Of a stretch of 64,000 nucleotides of DNA, positions 45,895 to 59,170 are shown piece by piece. Under the pieces are notes generated by a model. It was given only the letters and a program-made list of their open reading frames with translations, was not told where the DNA came from and did not search any database. The position numbers and the translations under genes were made by a program. The stretch spans positions 930,001 through 994,000 of the forward strand of contig JBNJNM010000013.1 in assembly GCA_052426225.1 (NCBI GenBank), given 5' to 3'. Origin of the DNA: Zancudomyces culisetae HAW-14-8 (taxonomy: Eukaryota; Fungi; Kickxellomycota). Each line of letters starts with the position of its first letter. Within the stretch, counting starts at the first letter, position 1.

Positions 45895-48800
45895 ATGGAA
45901 AAAGTACAAGAAAATAGTACTACATCCAGTGCTACCAACAGTGTGGCTGATGAAATATCAGCGATATTGAGAAATGAAGCAAAAGAACTGGAAAAGAGAG
46001 CAATATTTGGCGAAAATGAGGATACTGACAAAGAATTAGATGCTCCCGCCAAAAGGAAACTTTTTGGAAGTTCCAAAAAGAAAATTGAGAAGCCTGCCAT
46101 GAAGCAGGTTTCATACTTTGCACTGTTTCGTTTTGCGACGACTCTTGATAAATTTATGATAACAGTGGGTATTTTTGGCTCTGCAGCAGTGGGTGCAACC
46201 ATACCAGTAATGACAGTACTGTTTACTAAAGTACTTGGAACGTTTATAACCTACAATTTTTTGGTTTTGGAGGGGAAAAAGGATACTGGCGATAGTTTAC
46301 TGAAAAAAGAAGTGAATGGTACAGCCTTGACATTTCTGTATATATCCATTGGAACTTATATAGTCTCATATGTAACATATCTGTGTTGGAATGTTACAGC
46401 GACAAAGCAGGCAAAAAAAATGCGAGAGGCGTACTATAAATCAATAATGAGTCAAGAAGCAGGATGGTTTGATTCTGTAGATGTTGGGGCTCTTACCACA
46501 AGAATGACATCCGACATATCAACTATCAAAAACGGAATTGATGAAAAGACAGGCGTGGTTGTGCAGCACACAACTACATTTTTGGGTGGGTTTGTACTGG
46601 CATTTGTAAAGGGATGGAGAATGGCACTGGTTGTGTTATCAGTGATGCCGTTAATGATAGGATCTGCAGCAATTATGGGAATGAATGTCAGTAAATGGAC
46701 CAACAAGGTTCAAGAGTCGTTTGCTGAAACTGGTGCTGTGGCAACCGAAGTGTTGTCAAGTATGCGTACCGTTATGGCGTTCAATTCACAAAAAAAGGAG
46801 ATTGATCGGTACTCAAGTAAGCTGGACAAGGGATATAAAGCTGGAATGAGAAGAACAATGGTACTAGGTCTGGGTTTGGGGGCGACATTTTTCTTTATTT
46901 ACATATTATATTCCCTCGGATTTTGGTACGGAGCCAAACTAATTAGAAACAATACATCCACGCTATCTGAAGTGCTGAATGTGTTTTTTGCACTTGTTAT
47001 GGGTGGATTTATCCTGGGTGGCGCTGCTCCAAGCATTTCAGCAATATCATCTGCTAGGGGTGCCGCACCCGATGTGTTTGATGTAATAGATAAAAAATCC
47101 AAGATTGATGCTACGGATCTTGAATCTGGTGATTCTGCCGAGGATATAAAAGGTGAAATTGAGTTCAGAAATGTCACATTCAACTATCCCACCCGGGGTG
47201 AAGTAAAAGTGCTTAATAATGTTAGTATTAAAGTAAAGCCAGGTCAGAAAGTAGCATTTGTAGGGGAGTCAGGATGTGGGAAGTCAACAACTATAGCATT
47301 GGTTCAGAGATTGTATGACTGCTTGGAAGGAAATGTTCTGATTGATGGAAAAGATATTAGGGAATATAATGTACGAAGTCTACGCCAAAACATGGGATTG
47401 GTGAGTCAAGAGCCAGTACTATTTGGAGTAAGTATAGCACAAAACATCAAGTGGGGAGCAAAAGATTATGAAAACAATCCACCAACACAAGAAGATGTTG
47501 AAGAAGCATGTAAGGGGGCAAATATACATGATTTCATTATGACGCTTCCTGAAAAGTATGAAACATTGGTCGGAGAACGAGGTGCATTGTTATCAGGAGG
47601 TCAAAAACAGAGAATAGCAATTGCAAGAGCATTGATAAGAAATCCTAAAATATTATTGTTGGATGAAGCTACATCAGCATTAGATACGGAATCTGAAAAA
47701 TTAGTTCAGGATGCACTTGATAAATCTACAGTAAATCGAACAACAATTACAATTGCACACAGATTGTCAACTATTAAGAGCTCAGATATGATATATGTGT
47801 TTGGAAAAGGGCAAGTCATAGAGAGCGGAACACATACCGAATTGGTAGCAATGGATGGAGCATATGCATCATTGGTGAAGGCGCAGGATTTAAGAAAAAA
47901 GGATGATATATTATCAGAAAGCAAAATCGATCATCAAAATGAAAAGGATGAGCTGGAAGAAAAGTTAATTGGTGCAAACAAAAGTATGTCACAAATTCAA
48001 AGACTTTCTGAAGAGGAAACAACAAAGGATCAAAGTTCAAACAAAAAAGGGTCGTATACAGACCTTTTATGGGTTTTAAGGAAATATTCATCTCAAGTAA
48101 GACTATTTATTCCTGGTGTGCTTGTGTCTATGATCGATGGATGCATTCTTCCATCTTTTTCACTTATTTTTTCAAGAATAGTAATTGCTTTTGGCGAACC
48201 TGATCCAAAAAAGCAGAAAAAAGACACTGATTTTTATGCATTCGTCTTTTTGATGTTTGCTGTTGGTAACTTTGCCACATTAGCGCTCAGGACATATTTG
48301 TTTGGTAGAGGTGCTGTCAGACTGAATGACAAGCTAAAAAGTGACATGTTCACAAGCATTGTGTACCAGGATAGCGAATTTTTCGATAAACCTACAAATG
48401 GGTCTGGTGCGTTGACACTAAGACTTGCTTCAGAACCAGATGATATATACAAAGCATGTGCAGACGCTTTCCCGTTGATTTTCAGTTGTTTGGGGTCAGT
48501 GATTACTGCTCTGACCATTGGGTTTACTAGATCATGGATGATCTCTCTGGTGGTTCTAGCTGTTTTTCCTGCGTTAGCATTTACTCAGGCTCAACAATCT
48601 AAGGGTATGATGAGTGCGGCTATAAAGTCAAAATCCATTGAAGAGTTGATTGCACAAGAGGCATCCGAATCTATCACCAATATTAGGACTGTTACATCTT
48701 TATCCCGCGAAAACACATATATTAGCAGCTATATTGAAAAAAATATGGTACCTCATAGAACTACGCTGAAAGGATATTACATTAATGGGTTGTTATATGG

Positions 48801-49818
48801 CTTCTCCACTTGTGCACAATTTTTAGTTTTCAGTTTGGCATTTTATTCTGGGTCAAGGTTTGTTATGAATGAAAACATTGATACAACACAAATGTTGGAT
48901 GCGCTGTACGCCATACTATTTGCGGCGTTTGCCTTAGGTCAGACATCATCGGTAATGAGTATGATTCCAAATGCTTTAGCTAGTGCTTTCAAGATCAGAG
49001 AACTGTTTAATACAAGCCCCACAATTGACATAGCAGCAGATAATCTTGCTAACCGCAAGTGCATTCTTCCTGCTGAACTAAACGGAGAGATCAAAGCCGA
49101 TAGTACTTCTTTCTCCTACCCCACTCGTCCTGATATTTTGGCTCTCAATAATGTCAATGTAAATGCTGCTCCTGGTCAAACAATTGCTCTGGTCGGCTCC
49201 TCAGGATCTGGAAAATCGACCATCATCAATCTGATTCTTCGTTTGTATGATGTCTTGGAGGGTTCTGTCAGTGTTGATTCGGTGGATGTACGGGATTGGC
49301 CTTTGGATAAATTACGTGACCATCCCTCACTGGTATCACAAGAACCCGTTTTGTTTGATTGTTCAGCGTCTGAAAACATCAAATATGGTAAACCCGATGC
49401 AACAGAGTTTGAGGTTCAGCAAGCTGCCAAGGCTGCAAATATACATAATCTGTTGATGGATTTACCAGATGGATATAATACTAGAGTTGGGGGTAAAGGA
49501 TCAATGCTGAGTGGAGGACAGAAGCAGAGAATTGCCATTGCAAGAGCATTGATTAGAAATCCTAAGATTCTATTGTTGGATGAAGCTACATCAGCACTGG
49601 ATACAGAATCAGAGAAGGTGGTTCAATATGCACTCGATAAGGCTAGTGTTGGTAGAACAACCATTTCGGTGGCACACAGATTATCGACAATTCAGAACGC
49701 TGATTGGATATACGTATTTAAGAGTGGCGAGGTGATTGAGCAGGGAAACCACGAATCGCTAATAGGACTGGGAGGAACATATGCCAGTTTGGTCAAACAA
49801 CAATCCCTTGCTAATTAG
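45895..49818 (+). CDS. Full-length ABCB (P-glycoprotein/MDR) transporter, 1307 aa, intronless
   Basis: TMD-NBD-TMD-NBD layout; GESGCGKS and GSSGSGKS Walker A; two LSGGQKQRIAIARAL..ILLLDEATSALD motifs. Confidence 0.96.
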   Translation: MEKVQENSTTSSATNSVADEISAILRNEAKELEKRAIFGENEDTDKELDAPAKRKLFGSSKKKIEKPAMKQVSYFALFRFATTLDKFMITVGIFGSAAVGATIPVMTVLFTKVLGTFITYNFLVLEGKKDTGDSLLKKEVNGTALTFLYISIGTYIVSYVTYLCWNVTATKQAKKMREAYYKSIMSQEAGWFDSVDVGALTTRMTSDISTIKNGIDEKTGVVVQHTTTFLGGFVLAFVKGWRMALVVLSVMPLMIGSAAIMGMNVSKWTNKVQESFAETGAVATEVLSSMRTVMAFNSQKKEIDRYSSKLDKGYKAGMRRTMVLGLGLGATFFFIYILYSLGFWYGAKLIRNNTSTLSEVLNVFFALVMGGFILGGAAPSISAISSARGAAPDVFDVIDKKSKIDATDLESGDSAEDIKGEIEFRNVTFNYPTRGEVKVLNNVSIKVKPGQKVAFVGESGCGKSTTIALVQRLYDCLEGNVLIDGKDIREYNVRSLRQNMGLVSQEPVLFGVSIAQNIKWGAKDYENNPPTQEDVEEACKGANIHDFIMTLPEKYETLVGERGALLSGGQKQRIAIARALIRNPKILLLDEATSALDTESEKLVQDALDKSTVNRTTITIAHRLSTIKSSDMIYVFGKGQVIESGTHTELVAMDGAYASLVKAQDLRKKDDILSESKIDHQNEKDELEEKLIGANKSMSQIQRLSEEETTKDQSSNKKGSYTDLLWVLRKYSSQVRLFIPGVLVSMIDGCILPSFSLIFSRIVIAFGEPDPKKQKKDTDFYAFVFLMFAVGNFATLALRTYLFGRGAVRLNDKLKSDMFTSIVYQDSEFFDKPTNGSGALTLRLASEPDDIYKACADAFPLIFSCLGSVITALTIGFTRSWMISLVVLAVFPALAFTQAQQSKGMMSAAIKSKSIEELIAQEASESITNIRTVTSLSRENTYISSYIEKNMVPHRTTLKGYYINGLLYGFSTCAQFLVFSLAFYSGSRFVMNENIDTTQMLDALYAILFAAFALGQTSSVMSMIPNALASAFKIRELFNTSPTIDIAADNLANRKCILPAELNGEIKADSTSFSYPTRPDILALNNVNVNAAPGQTIALVGSSGSGKSTIINLILRLYDVLEGSVSVDSVDVRDWPLDKLRDHPSLVSQEPVLFDCSASENIKYGKPDATEFEVQQAAKAANIHNLLMDLPDGYNTRVGGKGSMLSGGQKQRIAIARALIRNPKILLLDEATSALDTESEKVVQYALDKASVGRTTISVAHRLSTIQNADWIYVFKSGEVIEQGNHESLIGLGGTYASLVKQQSLAN

Positions 49819-50164
49819 CCTACTTTTCCTCTCTTTTTTATTTTTACAAAACAAGATCTGCCAGTTGGATAGTAGTTGCATGACAAAAATAAAAGATTTT
49901 TCTTATCGCAAAAGTGACACTAAGTTTTCAAAATGAATTAATAAATAAATCCATTCTTCAACAAACTACAAGCTCTAATATTTTCCTTTCACAAGAAAAT
50001 ATATTATTATAGTCTTACATTTCTTTTATTAGTTGATGTTTAAAACCAAGCCATGAATGAAATAAAAAATAGTTGAACAAATGTAAAAATTAAGAACTTA
50101 TAATGACGAAATAAAAGTATCATGATTAAGGGAACTGGTGGTAAGTATGGTTTCAAAAACAAGT

Positions 50165-52156
50165 TTAACCAGCTCTGACCTTCTTAACAAGCACATCCAA
50201 GATTGAAGGATCAGCAAGAGTGGAGAGATCACCAAGCTGGTCTTCCTCACCAGCTGCGATTTTTCTAAGAACTCTGCGGATGATCTTTCCAGATCTAGTC
50301 TTGGGAAGTTCATCAACAATAATGATTCTCTTTGGTGTGGCAATTGGGCCGATTTCCTTACGAACAGTTTGGATCATTGCCTTCTTGACTTCTTCGGAAT
50401 CTACGACACCCTTTGGTGTTGTTACATAGGCAAATATAGCTTGACCTGTAATTTCGTCCTCTACACCAATAACTGCAGATTCAGAGACATTGTTATCTAC
50501 AATAAGGGCAGATTCTATTTCAGCAGTTGAGATTCTGTGTCCAGAGACGTTTATCACGTCATCAACTCTTCCCTTGATCCAGTAGTAACCGTCGCTGTCT
50601 CGCATGGCACCATCTCCAGTGAAGTAAACATCTTTGTAAACGTGCATGTATGTGGACAGGTATCTATCGTGATCTCCTACGATGGTTCTAGCCATGGATG
50701 GCCATGATCGCTTGACTGCCAACACACCTGTAACATCGTTTCCTTCCAACTCTTTGCCATCTGCTGGATCCAAAATGGCCAACTCAATTCCGAACATAGG
50801 AAGTGTTGCTGATCCTGGCTTTGTTGGGGTAGCGAATGGAAGAGGTGTGATTATATGTGATCCGGTTTCGGATTGCCAGTAGGTGTCGACAACAACAGCC
50901 TTGCCATCACCGACAACATAGTGGTACCACACCCAAGCCTCAGGGTTGATTGGCTCACCAACAGTACCAATGATTCTAAGTGTTGATAGATCACAGCAGT
51001 TGATGTAGCTGTCTCCCAATCTGCGCAATGCACGGATAGCTGTTGGGGCAGTGTAGAATTGAGTTACCTTGTGTTCATCTACCATTTGCCAGAATCTTGA
51101 TGCATCAGGGAATGTTGGAACAGACTCAAAGATTACAGAAGTTACACCAAGAGCCAATGGGCCGTATACAACGTAGGTGTGGCCAGTAATCCACCCAATA
51201 TCTGCGGTACAGCAGAACACATCACCGATGTGTAGATCAAATGTATACTTTGATGTCATTGCTGCTCCCACAAGATACCCAGCTGTGGTGTGCACCAATC
51301 CCTTTGGCTTTCCGGTAGAGCCAGATGTGTACAGAATAAACATAGGATCTTCTGAACCTACTGGTACAGGTGGGATGTATGAAGCTTGCTGTTTGAACAA
51401 TGGTCCCCACATGACATCTCTTCCTTCAACATAGGTGATGTCGCTTGCTCCTGTGCGTTCGAATACAATAACATTTTTGACCACGTCGCCGCTTAGCTTG
51501 ATAGCCTCATCAACGATCTTTTTGGTGTGGATTAGCTTTCCACCACGCAGGCCTTGGTCTGAGGTTACTATTACGCTGGCATTTGCATCCTTGATGCGAT
51601 CAGCTAGCGAAGTAGCTGAGAAACCGGCAAAAACTACAGTGTGTACAAGACCCAATCTGGTACAGGCAAGCAAGACATATGCTGTTTCTGGGATCATTGG
51701 CATGTAAACGGCCACAGTATCTCCCTTCTTCAATCCGAGTGTTTTGAACATTCCAGCTACTCTGCAAACGTTTTCCAAAAGCTCTTTGAATGTTACAGTT
51801 CTCTTGCCTCCTGGAGCATCAGGTTCAAAACTGATAGCAACGTTATCTGGTGTATCTCTGGCCCATCTGTCTACACAGTTGTAGGATACATTAAGCTCAC
51901 CCCCAACAAACCATTGTGTATCACCATTGTGAAGGCTTCCTGATGTGACTTGTTGGTATGGCTTGGTGAATTCCACCAACTCGCTTGCCATTTTTCTCCA
52001 GAAGGTGTCAGGGCTATCCAAAGACTCCTTGTACATGGAATTATACTCATCCATTGAGGTTATCCATGGCTTTTTGTCGCTGGGAATGCGACCGCTATTT
52101 ACCGGTGGTTGGTAGGTCTTGACAAGAAGTTCCTCGTGGCTTTCTGCAAGTGTCAT
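50165..52156 (-). CDS. ACS: Acetyl-CoA synthetase (AMP-forming)
   Basis: YTSGSTGKPKG, ADIGWITGHTY, VGEPINPEAW, DTYWQSETG, GRVDDVINVSGHR, LPKTRSGKI. Confidence 0.97.
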   Translation of the reverse strand: MTLAESHEELLVKTYQPPVNSGRIPSDKKPWITSMDEYNSMYKESLDSPDTFWRKMASELVEFTKPYQQVTSGSLHNGDTQWFVGGELNVSYNCVDRWARDTPDNVAISFEPDAPGGKRTVTFKELLENVCRVAGMFKTLGLKKGDTVAVYMPMIPETAYVLLACTRLGLVHTVVFAGFSATSLADRIKDANASVIVTSDQGLRGGKLIHTKKIVDEAIKLSGDVVKNVIVFERTGASDITYVEGRDVMWGPLFKQQASYIPPVPVGSEDPMFILYTSGSTGKPKGLVHTTAGYLVGAAMTSKYTFDLHIGDVFCCTADIGWITGHTYVVYGPLALGVTSVIFESVPTFPDASRFWQMVDEHKVTQFYTAPTAIRALRRLGDSYINCCDLSTLRIIGTVGEPINPEAWVWYHYVVGDGKAVVVDTYWQSETGSHIITPLPFATPTKPGSATLPMFGIELAILDPADGKELEGNDVTGVLAVKRSWPSMARTIVGDHDRYLSTYMHVYKDVYFTGDGAMRDSDGYYWIKGRVDDVINVSGHRISTAEIESALIVDNNVSESAVIGVEDEITGQAIFAYVTTPKGVVDSEEVKKAMIQTVRKEIGPIATPKRIIIVDELPKTRSGKIIRRVLRKIAAGEEDQLGDLSTLADPSILDVLVKKVRAG

Positions 52157-55100
52157 TTTAGTCTTCTAATATATATCTTTTGTAGTTAACTATTTTTTAT
52201 GGTAGTGCAAGAATGTTGTTAAAGTTATGCAGCTATATAGTACTAGGAAAAAATGATAAAAGTATAACGAGCGGCTATTTTTGTGTTTTTATACTCTCTT
52301 TTCCTCTCTTATTAAAAAACGCTAACATAATCTGTCATATGCACCCAAAGCACATATATTCAACACAAATGCCCTTGTTCATTCAACCGTCTCCTTGATG
52401 GTACTGGCAATTTTTATGAGAATTTTCCTGAAATCGAAAAAAAAAAAATTTTCTCACATCCGTTTCTCCTAACCATTGGTAAAAAAAAACTGAAAATAAA
52501 AAATAACATTGCTCTACCAACCCATTAGATTTTATGAATTGAAAAGTAAAGCAAAGGGAATTAGCTCCCAATTCGGCTGGTTACCAAATAACAACCAAGC
52601 GTCCTTCCCCTTATTTTTTCTCTTGTAATATAATAAAGCCGTAATTTCCGTTTCTTCCACAAAGAGATTCATGCGCTTCCAATTAATGTAAAACGCGAAT
52701 TTTAGGTTCGTTTCGAAAAAAAAAGAAAAAGATGAATTAGGGCTTTTTCTTTGTAGATTTCTTAACAGATGATTATACATGCATATTCAATTTTCTTTAG
52801 AATAAATGTGGAAAATATTGTGCAAATAAACGTAGCAGCTTCATCCCGAGCTCTTTTTCCGATAATACATTGCATACTCGAGGCCCACTGTCTTATAGTC
52901 CCATAACTCAAAAGGCTTACATTTGTCTGTGCTTCTTCGAAATCAAGTAGTATCAATCCTCTTAGCCAAGTTATCAGAGCGCAATATGTTATAAATGGTT
53001 AAACTCAAAATTAAAAAGATGAGGTCTTGTCTTGGGTATTTATATCTTGTTTTCGATGCAAATCTGTGCTTTTTTATTTTTTCTAAAAACACCTTAGGTT
53101 TAATTTATCCATTGCCATAAAAAAAAATTACAATAATTAGTTCCAGATGCGATAAAACAAAAATATATAAAACAAGGGGGGATGCAAAAGTATCAGTACT
53201 CCCGATAACGCCTGAGCGAATAAAACTGTACAAAATAAAAAAATGAGTGGGATTGATTGACTTAATAGGAACACACTGTAATTTTAGACGTAGATTCAGA
53301 TATTCTAAAAAATTCTTGATAGCATCATCACAGGCCAGTCCTTCGCTTGATTTTCATTTTGAGTGCTAAAAAAACAAAAGGATCACAAAAGCATAGATGG
53401 CACACCCAGTCCACTATAACAGCAGATTTTATTTTTGTCCCAAAGTATCAATCAATGTAACAGAGGATTTTGTCCTGCGTTTTCCATCATCTTGTAACTA
53501 AGCTGATATGTTTTTTTAACTCGTGTAACTTTAAACTATACGTGGTTAACATGCCAACTTTGGTTTGAATACGCTGCAGTAGAACTACCACCCCTCTCTC
53601 CATCTTCCTCATTTTTCTCTCCATCCCCATTTTCCCCCCTCCCCTTGTGAGAAGATGCACTGAAACTGGATACAATAAAACCATACCTTTTTTCTCCTAT
53701 AATCACCTGTTTTATCTCGTGGCTATACAAATTTCTGGAAACATATACCCATAACGTATTGTGAATAATCTCAATCACACTACACAAAAACGTCTCTACC
53801 AGCTATAGCTATACCACTTTTTTAACAACAATAAATGGATGTTAAAAAAGTCCACTCCTTTATGCTCTCCAATAACCGAAAACAGTTCGCATCATATCGA
53901 AACAAATGATGCAAGCAGGGTTTTTGCCAACTTGAATAGTGGGTGCTTCTATAGGACCACTTGCTAACCACTTATCATTATGTAACAAATTTAAAACCCC
54001 CTTGCGCTTATCTACTCGATTGTTCGGTAAATCCACTCGCTACTGCTATTGGCTTTTTTTGAGAGTTTATCTAAATCGAATCTTGCCACTTGCGAATAAA
54101 ATTTGACAAAATTGGATAATATAAAGTGTCCACATTGTCTAATTAGGCAGCCCTACCAATATGGTTGAGCTTTTCAGAATTTGAGAAATCATTGGGAAAT
54201 CTTAATTCGAACAAAACCAAGCAGTATCAGACTTGGGTATCTTTTTGCTTTCGCTTTGGCTCAGAATTTCATTTTTATTTTTGCTTTTTTTAGATGCTGC
54301 ATAAGTTTGACACCAACAAACAAAATGAATTAATAGAGAATTACAGATGGAAATGCTGATATCCTCTGCAACTACTACAACCATTACAGCTGCTAGCCTT
54401 TTTTTTTTGCTCATTTATTGCCACGTAAGAAAAGCTTTACATAACTGGGTCCCACATAACAACTAGTGAAATGACATAAGCTTAGTCATAAATATTTTAT
54501 AATGTTTATACATGTGACCCGCCCAAGTGAAAAGCACGTGTTGTAAAAAATAACTACTGTTAAGCAAATCATATTGTGTTCTCAACGCCTATACTTCCGC
54601 TCTGTAGATTGTGTCGTTTTTTGTGAGAAGCATGATGAGCTATGTAGATTTTAATGAAAACAATAAAGTTATAAACCACCATCCCTGTTTGAACTTCGAA
54701 ATAAAAGTTATTCCTAGTGATTGAGAACTGCTACTTTTACTGGTTTGATGTCTTATAAATCCACTTCCTGTACTTTTGCTATGGCCATCTTCCAACTTAT
54801 TAGCTATTGTTTGTGTTTCCCTCATTAATCTATTAACTTGATAAAGCCCATTTATTCAGGCAATTTTTTTTACTAGAAATGCAGATAGAATATGACTATT
54901 GGTTTGATAAGATCCGCAGTAATTAATTCATGTTTGTAATAAATATCAAGAATACACGATATTTAGCACCTGTGCATTGAAAAATAAAAAGAGATGGTTT
55001 TAGCTTTTTTTTTTGATCTTGATGGTATACTATATTATAACATAATATACTTTGTCAGACTAATTAGTGCCAAAATAATAGCTTTTTGGGAAAATATAAC

Positions 55101-57357
55101 TGTGATCACATGAAAAAGATCTAACATCTCACTAACAAAGAGGGTAAATTGCAACTAAGAAACTTGAAGCTCATCTCATTCTTTTAGTTTCACTATTTTA
55201 TCCAATACAAAAAAAAGGTAGGCAGTCTCAATTGACAAAACTAAAAGATATTTATATGTAATACATCTACATCCAAAAGAACAAACAATTATTGGTGTAT
55301 ATGTCATGATTAAGTCAAGAACCAATACATCATAGATAAGGGCATCCGGTGTAGTGGTTTTGCTCTTTTTCTGTTTCAAACCTTTATTTTTCCGTGCTTT
55401 AAAGTTGCATATGAATATCTTTTATTTTAGATCCAACACAGAAATGTAAAAGGAGTATTAGTAAACAATAGCTAATCAATAGCAAACAGTAACTTAAAAT
55501 TAGAAACTAGTAAACAAAAACCATATACCCAAGCTTCATCTATAAATGATATACTAAGATTTTTTCTCGATTTCACGATTCGGTTTTATAACTTAGCAAA
55601 ATACATTTACATACCACAGCCTTTATAGCTCTTAACAATACCAGAAAACGTTGCCGGATTTTGCAAAAAAAAAAAGTTTTGCTTTAACTGTATAACCAAA
55701 AGTTGTGGGAGTTGAACGAGGGGTGGTAAGGAAGTAGCTAGCTATGGTTAAGCACTCAATTCTGCTACCACTTTCTAGTTTCTAAATGATTCTCTGTTGT
55801 TGTAGAGTAACTGGTTGCAGTCGTTGCTTGTATGATTAATATTTTTGTAATATGTCAAGAACATATAATATCAGCATGTATGTTGTGGTTGGGTTTTTCC
55901 TTTGATAGACTCTGTTTACTTGTTTCTGGTATATCAAAAATAGAGTTCGTCTTGTAACTTGGATTGTTCACGTAGTTTTTGGTTTGTTTGTAAAACTACT
56001 TATTAATTGTTTTTTTATAATTTTTCTATCCTAAAACTTTATTAACTGTTTGAAAGCTAATATAACTATAACACTTATCACTACTAACTAGTACGTCCCA
56101 CAAACAATTCGTGTCGATATGTATTTGTGTAGTCTAAAATTAGTTTTATGGTATTTTATGCTTCTTTAGTTTTTGAAAAGTAATCTTTATTGATTTTTTG
56201 AAGAAGAAAAGTTCTGTTCTGTATCTTCTTTTAAAGTTTTTCCTGCTACGTTTCATATATAGCAAGTTGATAAACATCCTGAAAAACTGACAATTCTCTT
56301 GATAAGAAACTAAAAAAACATTGTTACAAGCTATATTAAAAAATACAACATAATCCTCTTGACACTGAGCTTTGTCATTCAGTTTAGTTGATGTTATTAG
56401 GTTATTTCGAATTGACAGCGTAAATAAAGCGCTTTTTTTTATACCTTTTCACACACAAACATATATAGTCATACATTTGAGCAACTTTTACATTAAACTT
56501 GTATTCACAAGAATGTCCAATATGCAGCCAATATATAAAACAAATCAAAGCCAGCTAAACTTATTATTATATATCTTTTATTGAAGCTTTTTAAAAAAAG
56601 TATCACGCTTATTTGTGAATAGGAGTAATTTCTATTATTAGCTCCAGTGCAAATGCTAGCAGCACCATATCATACTTAATTTGAATAATGGGTATGTGTA
56701 TTCGTTCAAGCTTCTTAATTAGTACAACGTAGACGCGACTCGTTTTTGGTGGTGATAATGAAAAATATATATTACTACCTATACGTTGGAAGCCCCAACT
56801 ATTCAACACGAGTACGTTATACCTTCACACCAATTTTGTACCTGCGTTACCTTTCCTCGTCTGCATACTATTTCAGCTTTTTACTCGATCTAATACTATA
56901 ATAAAACTAATATTATCTATAATTTTTGTTTCTGGTGATATTTATTTGTGATTCCAAGTAAAGATGTATAAAGCCTAATTATAATTGCCTCAAAAGAACA
57001 AGAGGTTATTGTGGTTAAAGATATCTTTTTTTCTCTCCCTTTTCTAAGAATAGTAAAGGTGTTGGTGCTCGTTTACCATTTTTATTAGCTACATTTATAT
57101 TCTCACAATTGTTGCCAATCAAAAGCGCCTGCTTTCCTTTAAAATGAACTATTGCTTCAATACAATGAAATAAAATGTGTTGTACGTGGAGATTGGTTGA
57201 AAGGGCTAAAGACATTTTATTTTTTCGGAAATAAACAAAAATTATTTTGTCTTTAAAAAACAGCTTTAACAGTATTTTATATTCAATTTAATGAATTGAG
57301 GTTCCAATTTAGCAACAAGCAAGGATCTTATATCAGTATAAGTATAGAATAGCCAAA

Positions 57358-58851
57358 ATGGTAACTAGAAGCACGATATTTAATATAAGGACTCAAATAA
57401 CCATCCGTTAAATTTCAAATTATACTAATAGAATAACGAGGCGGTAGTATTCGATACCCAGCACGAGGACATGATTGTAAGCCCAAATAAACGCATTTAC
57501 CTTTGTTAACATAGTCTTACCAGATAGATTCTCTTGATTTTTTAATGTTTGTCTCATCCCCCCCAAAATACTATATAAGCGCAAATTATAAAGATTCTCT
57601 CAAATGTGTAGCACGATGTTCAGCTAAATTACTACGGAAAAAGATTAGCCACCTGCTCCTCAGATGGTACGGTTAGGGTGTTTGACATACAAGGCCAGCA
57701 ACAACAACTAAATGCAGTACTGAAAGAGTAAGTTTTATTGAAGCACAACCTTCAGAACCATATTAAAAAAAAAGTGTTGTCACATAGGCACGAAGGCCCG
57801 GTTTGGCAAGTAGCCTGGGCTCACCCAAAATTCGGAAACATTTTGGCTTCTTGCTCATATGATGGCAGCGTGTTAGTATGGAAAGAAAGCGATTTGGGAT
57901 GGTCAGTAATTAAGAAGCACAACAAACATTCAGCTTCAGGTATGTGATATTCATGAATACCCATTGTATTTTTTTTTGTATGCAGCTCCAGGATAATTGC
58001 TAATTATTTTATCATTTAACACAAAAAAAAACTACACAACATTTGTAGTAAATTCAATTGCATGGGCACCTCATGAGCTAGGTCCTGTCCTGGCTTGCGG
58101 ATCGTCAGATGGAAATGTATCATTCTTATCCTTTTCAGGTAAATGTCAACTCAACAAAAATAAAACAATATCCATGATTTAAACAGCAGATACTCAATAA
58201 ATTTCGAGAATTTATAATTTACAATTTCCAACTTGCTGTACAAAATTGCTAGCTGAGGGAACCTGGGAAGTTCAAATGCTTACCAATGCACACCCATCTG
58301 GAGTAAACACAGTAAACTGGGCACCTGCTACTGCATTCAACGCTTTGGCTCAGCCATCTTCTGCACACACAGTTGTAAAACAGCTAGCTACTGGCGGTTG
58401 CGACAACCTGGTTAAAATATGGTCATACAATGAGACATCCAAGACATATGAGCTTGCACACACACTTGCTGCACATAACGACTGGGTCAGAGATGTCGCT
58501 TTTGCACCAAACATTGGCCTTGGTCGTATATACCTTGCATCTTGCTCCCAAGATAGAACCGTAATTTTGTGGTCTCAGGAGCTATCTTCTACTGACGCTA
58601 GCGGTTCTGCGGCTACAGAAGGTGTGTGGACTCGAAAGCCTTTGACATCACAACCATTTGCGGATGTTGTTTGGAGACTCAGTTGGTCCCTCTCTGGAAA
58701 CGTCTTGGCTGTGTCCTGTGGTGATAATAAAATCAGTTTGTGGAAGGAGGGCACCAACGGAGAATGGACTTGTACAAATCAAATGGACGAAAAGGGTGTT
58801 TTGGGATCTTCAGGAATTATAAAGAGCGAGACCGCTTTAGGTGCTAATTAG
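57358..58851 (+). CDS. SEC13: COPII/nucleoporin WD40 protein Sec13, ~334 aa. Exons 57358-57360, 57432-57476, 57612-57727, 57788-57939, 58049-58138, 58253-58851
   Basis: [68 protein letters not shown]. Total length is divisible by 3. Confidence 0.95.
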
Positions 58852-59170
58852 TTGCCTTTTCTGGGTTATTGACCAATTTATTTTGTTTTACTTTTTTATT
58901 TTGTTCCAGTTGTTTTTCTTCTATTGTTGGGTTTTTTAATATTCTTTTTATTGCATTTAGCTGATTGAGATGAAAGATTTAAAACTAAAATGGTAATTTC
59001 TTAATTCAAAAGCTACAAAACAAAGAAACACTAGCATGACCAAATATATTACTTGAATATATCGCAAAGCATGTTAGAGCAGGTACTCTGTATCCTGTAC
59101 CTTGTACCTTGTATCTTTATGTTGCTTTTTTGATAAAGGTTTAAAAAGGGTGTAACACAAATCCTCCAGA

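Noticed and set aside
47590-49620. Near-identical nucleotide stretches in the two NBDs of the MDR gene
   Set aside because: Expected from conserved ABC signature and Walker B motifs; many synonymous differences remain.
55770-56290. Minus-strand C-Y-I-TGA and C-S-TGA in short frames
   Set aside because: No thioredoxin-like context, nearby TAA/TAG stops, and no well-formed SECIS downstream; likely chance.
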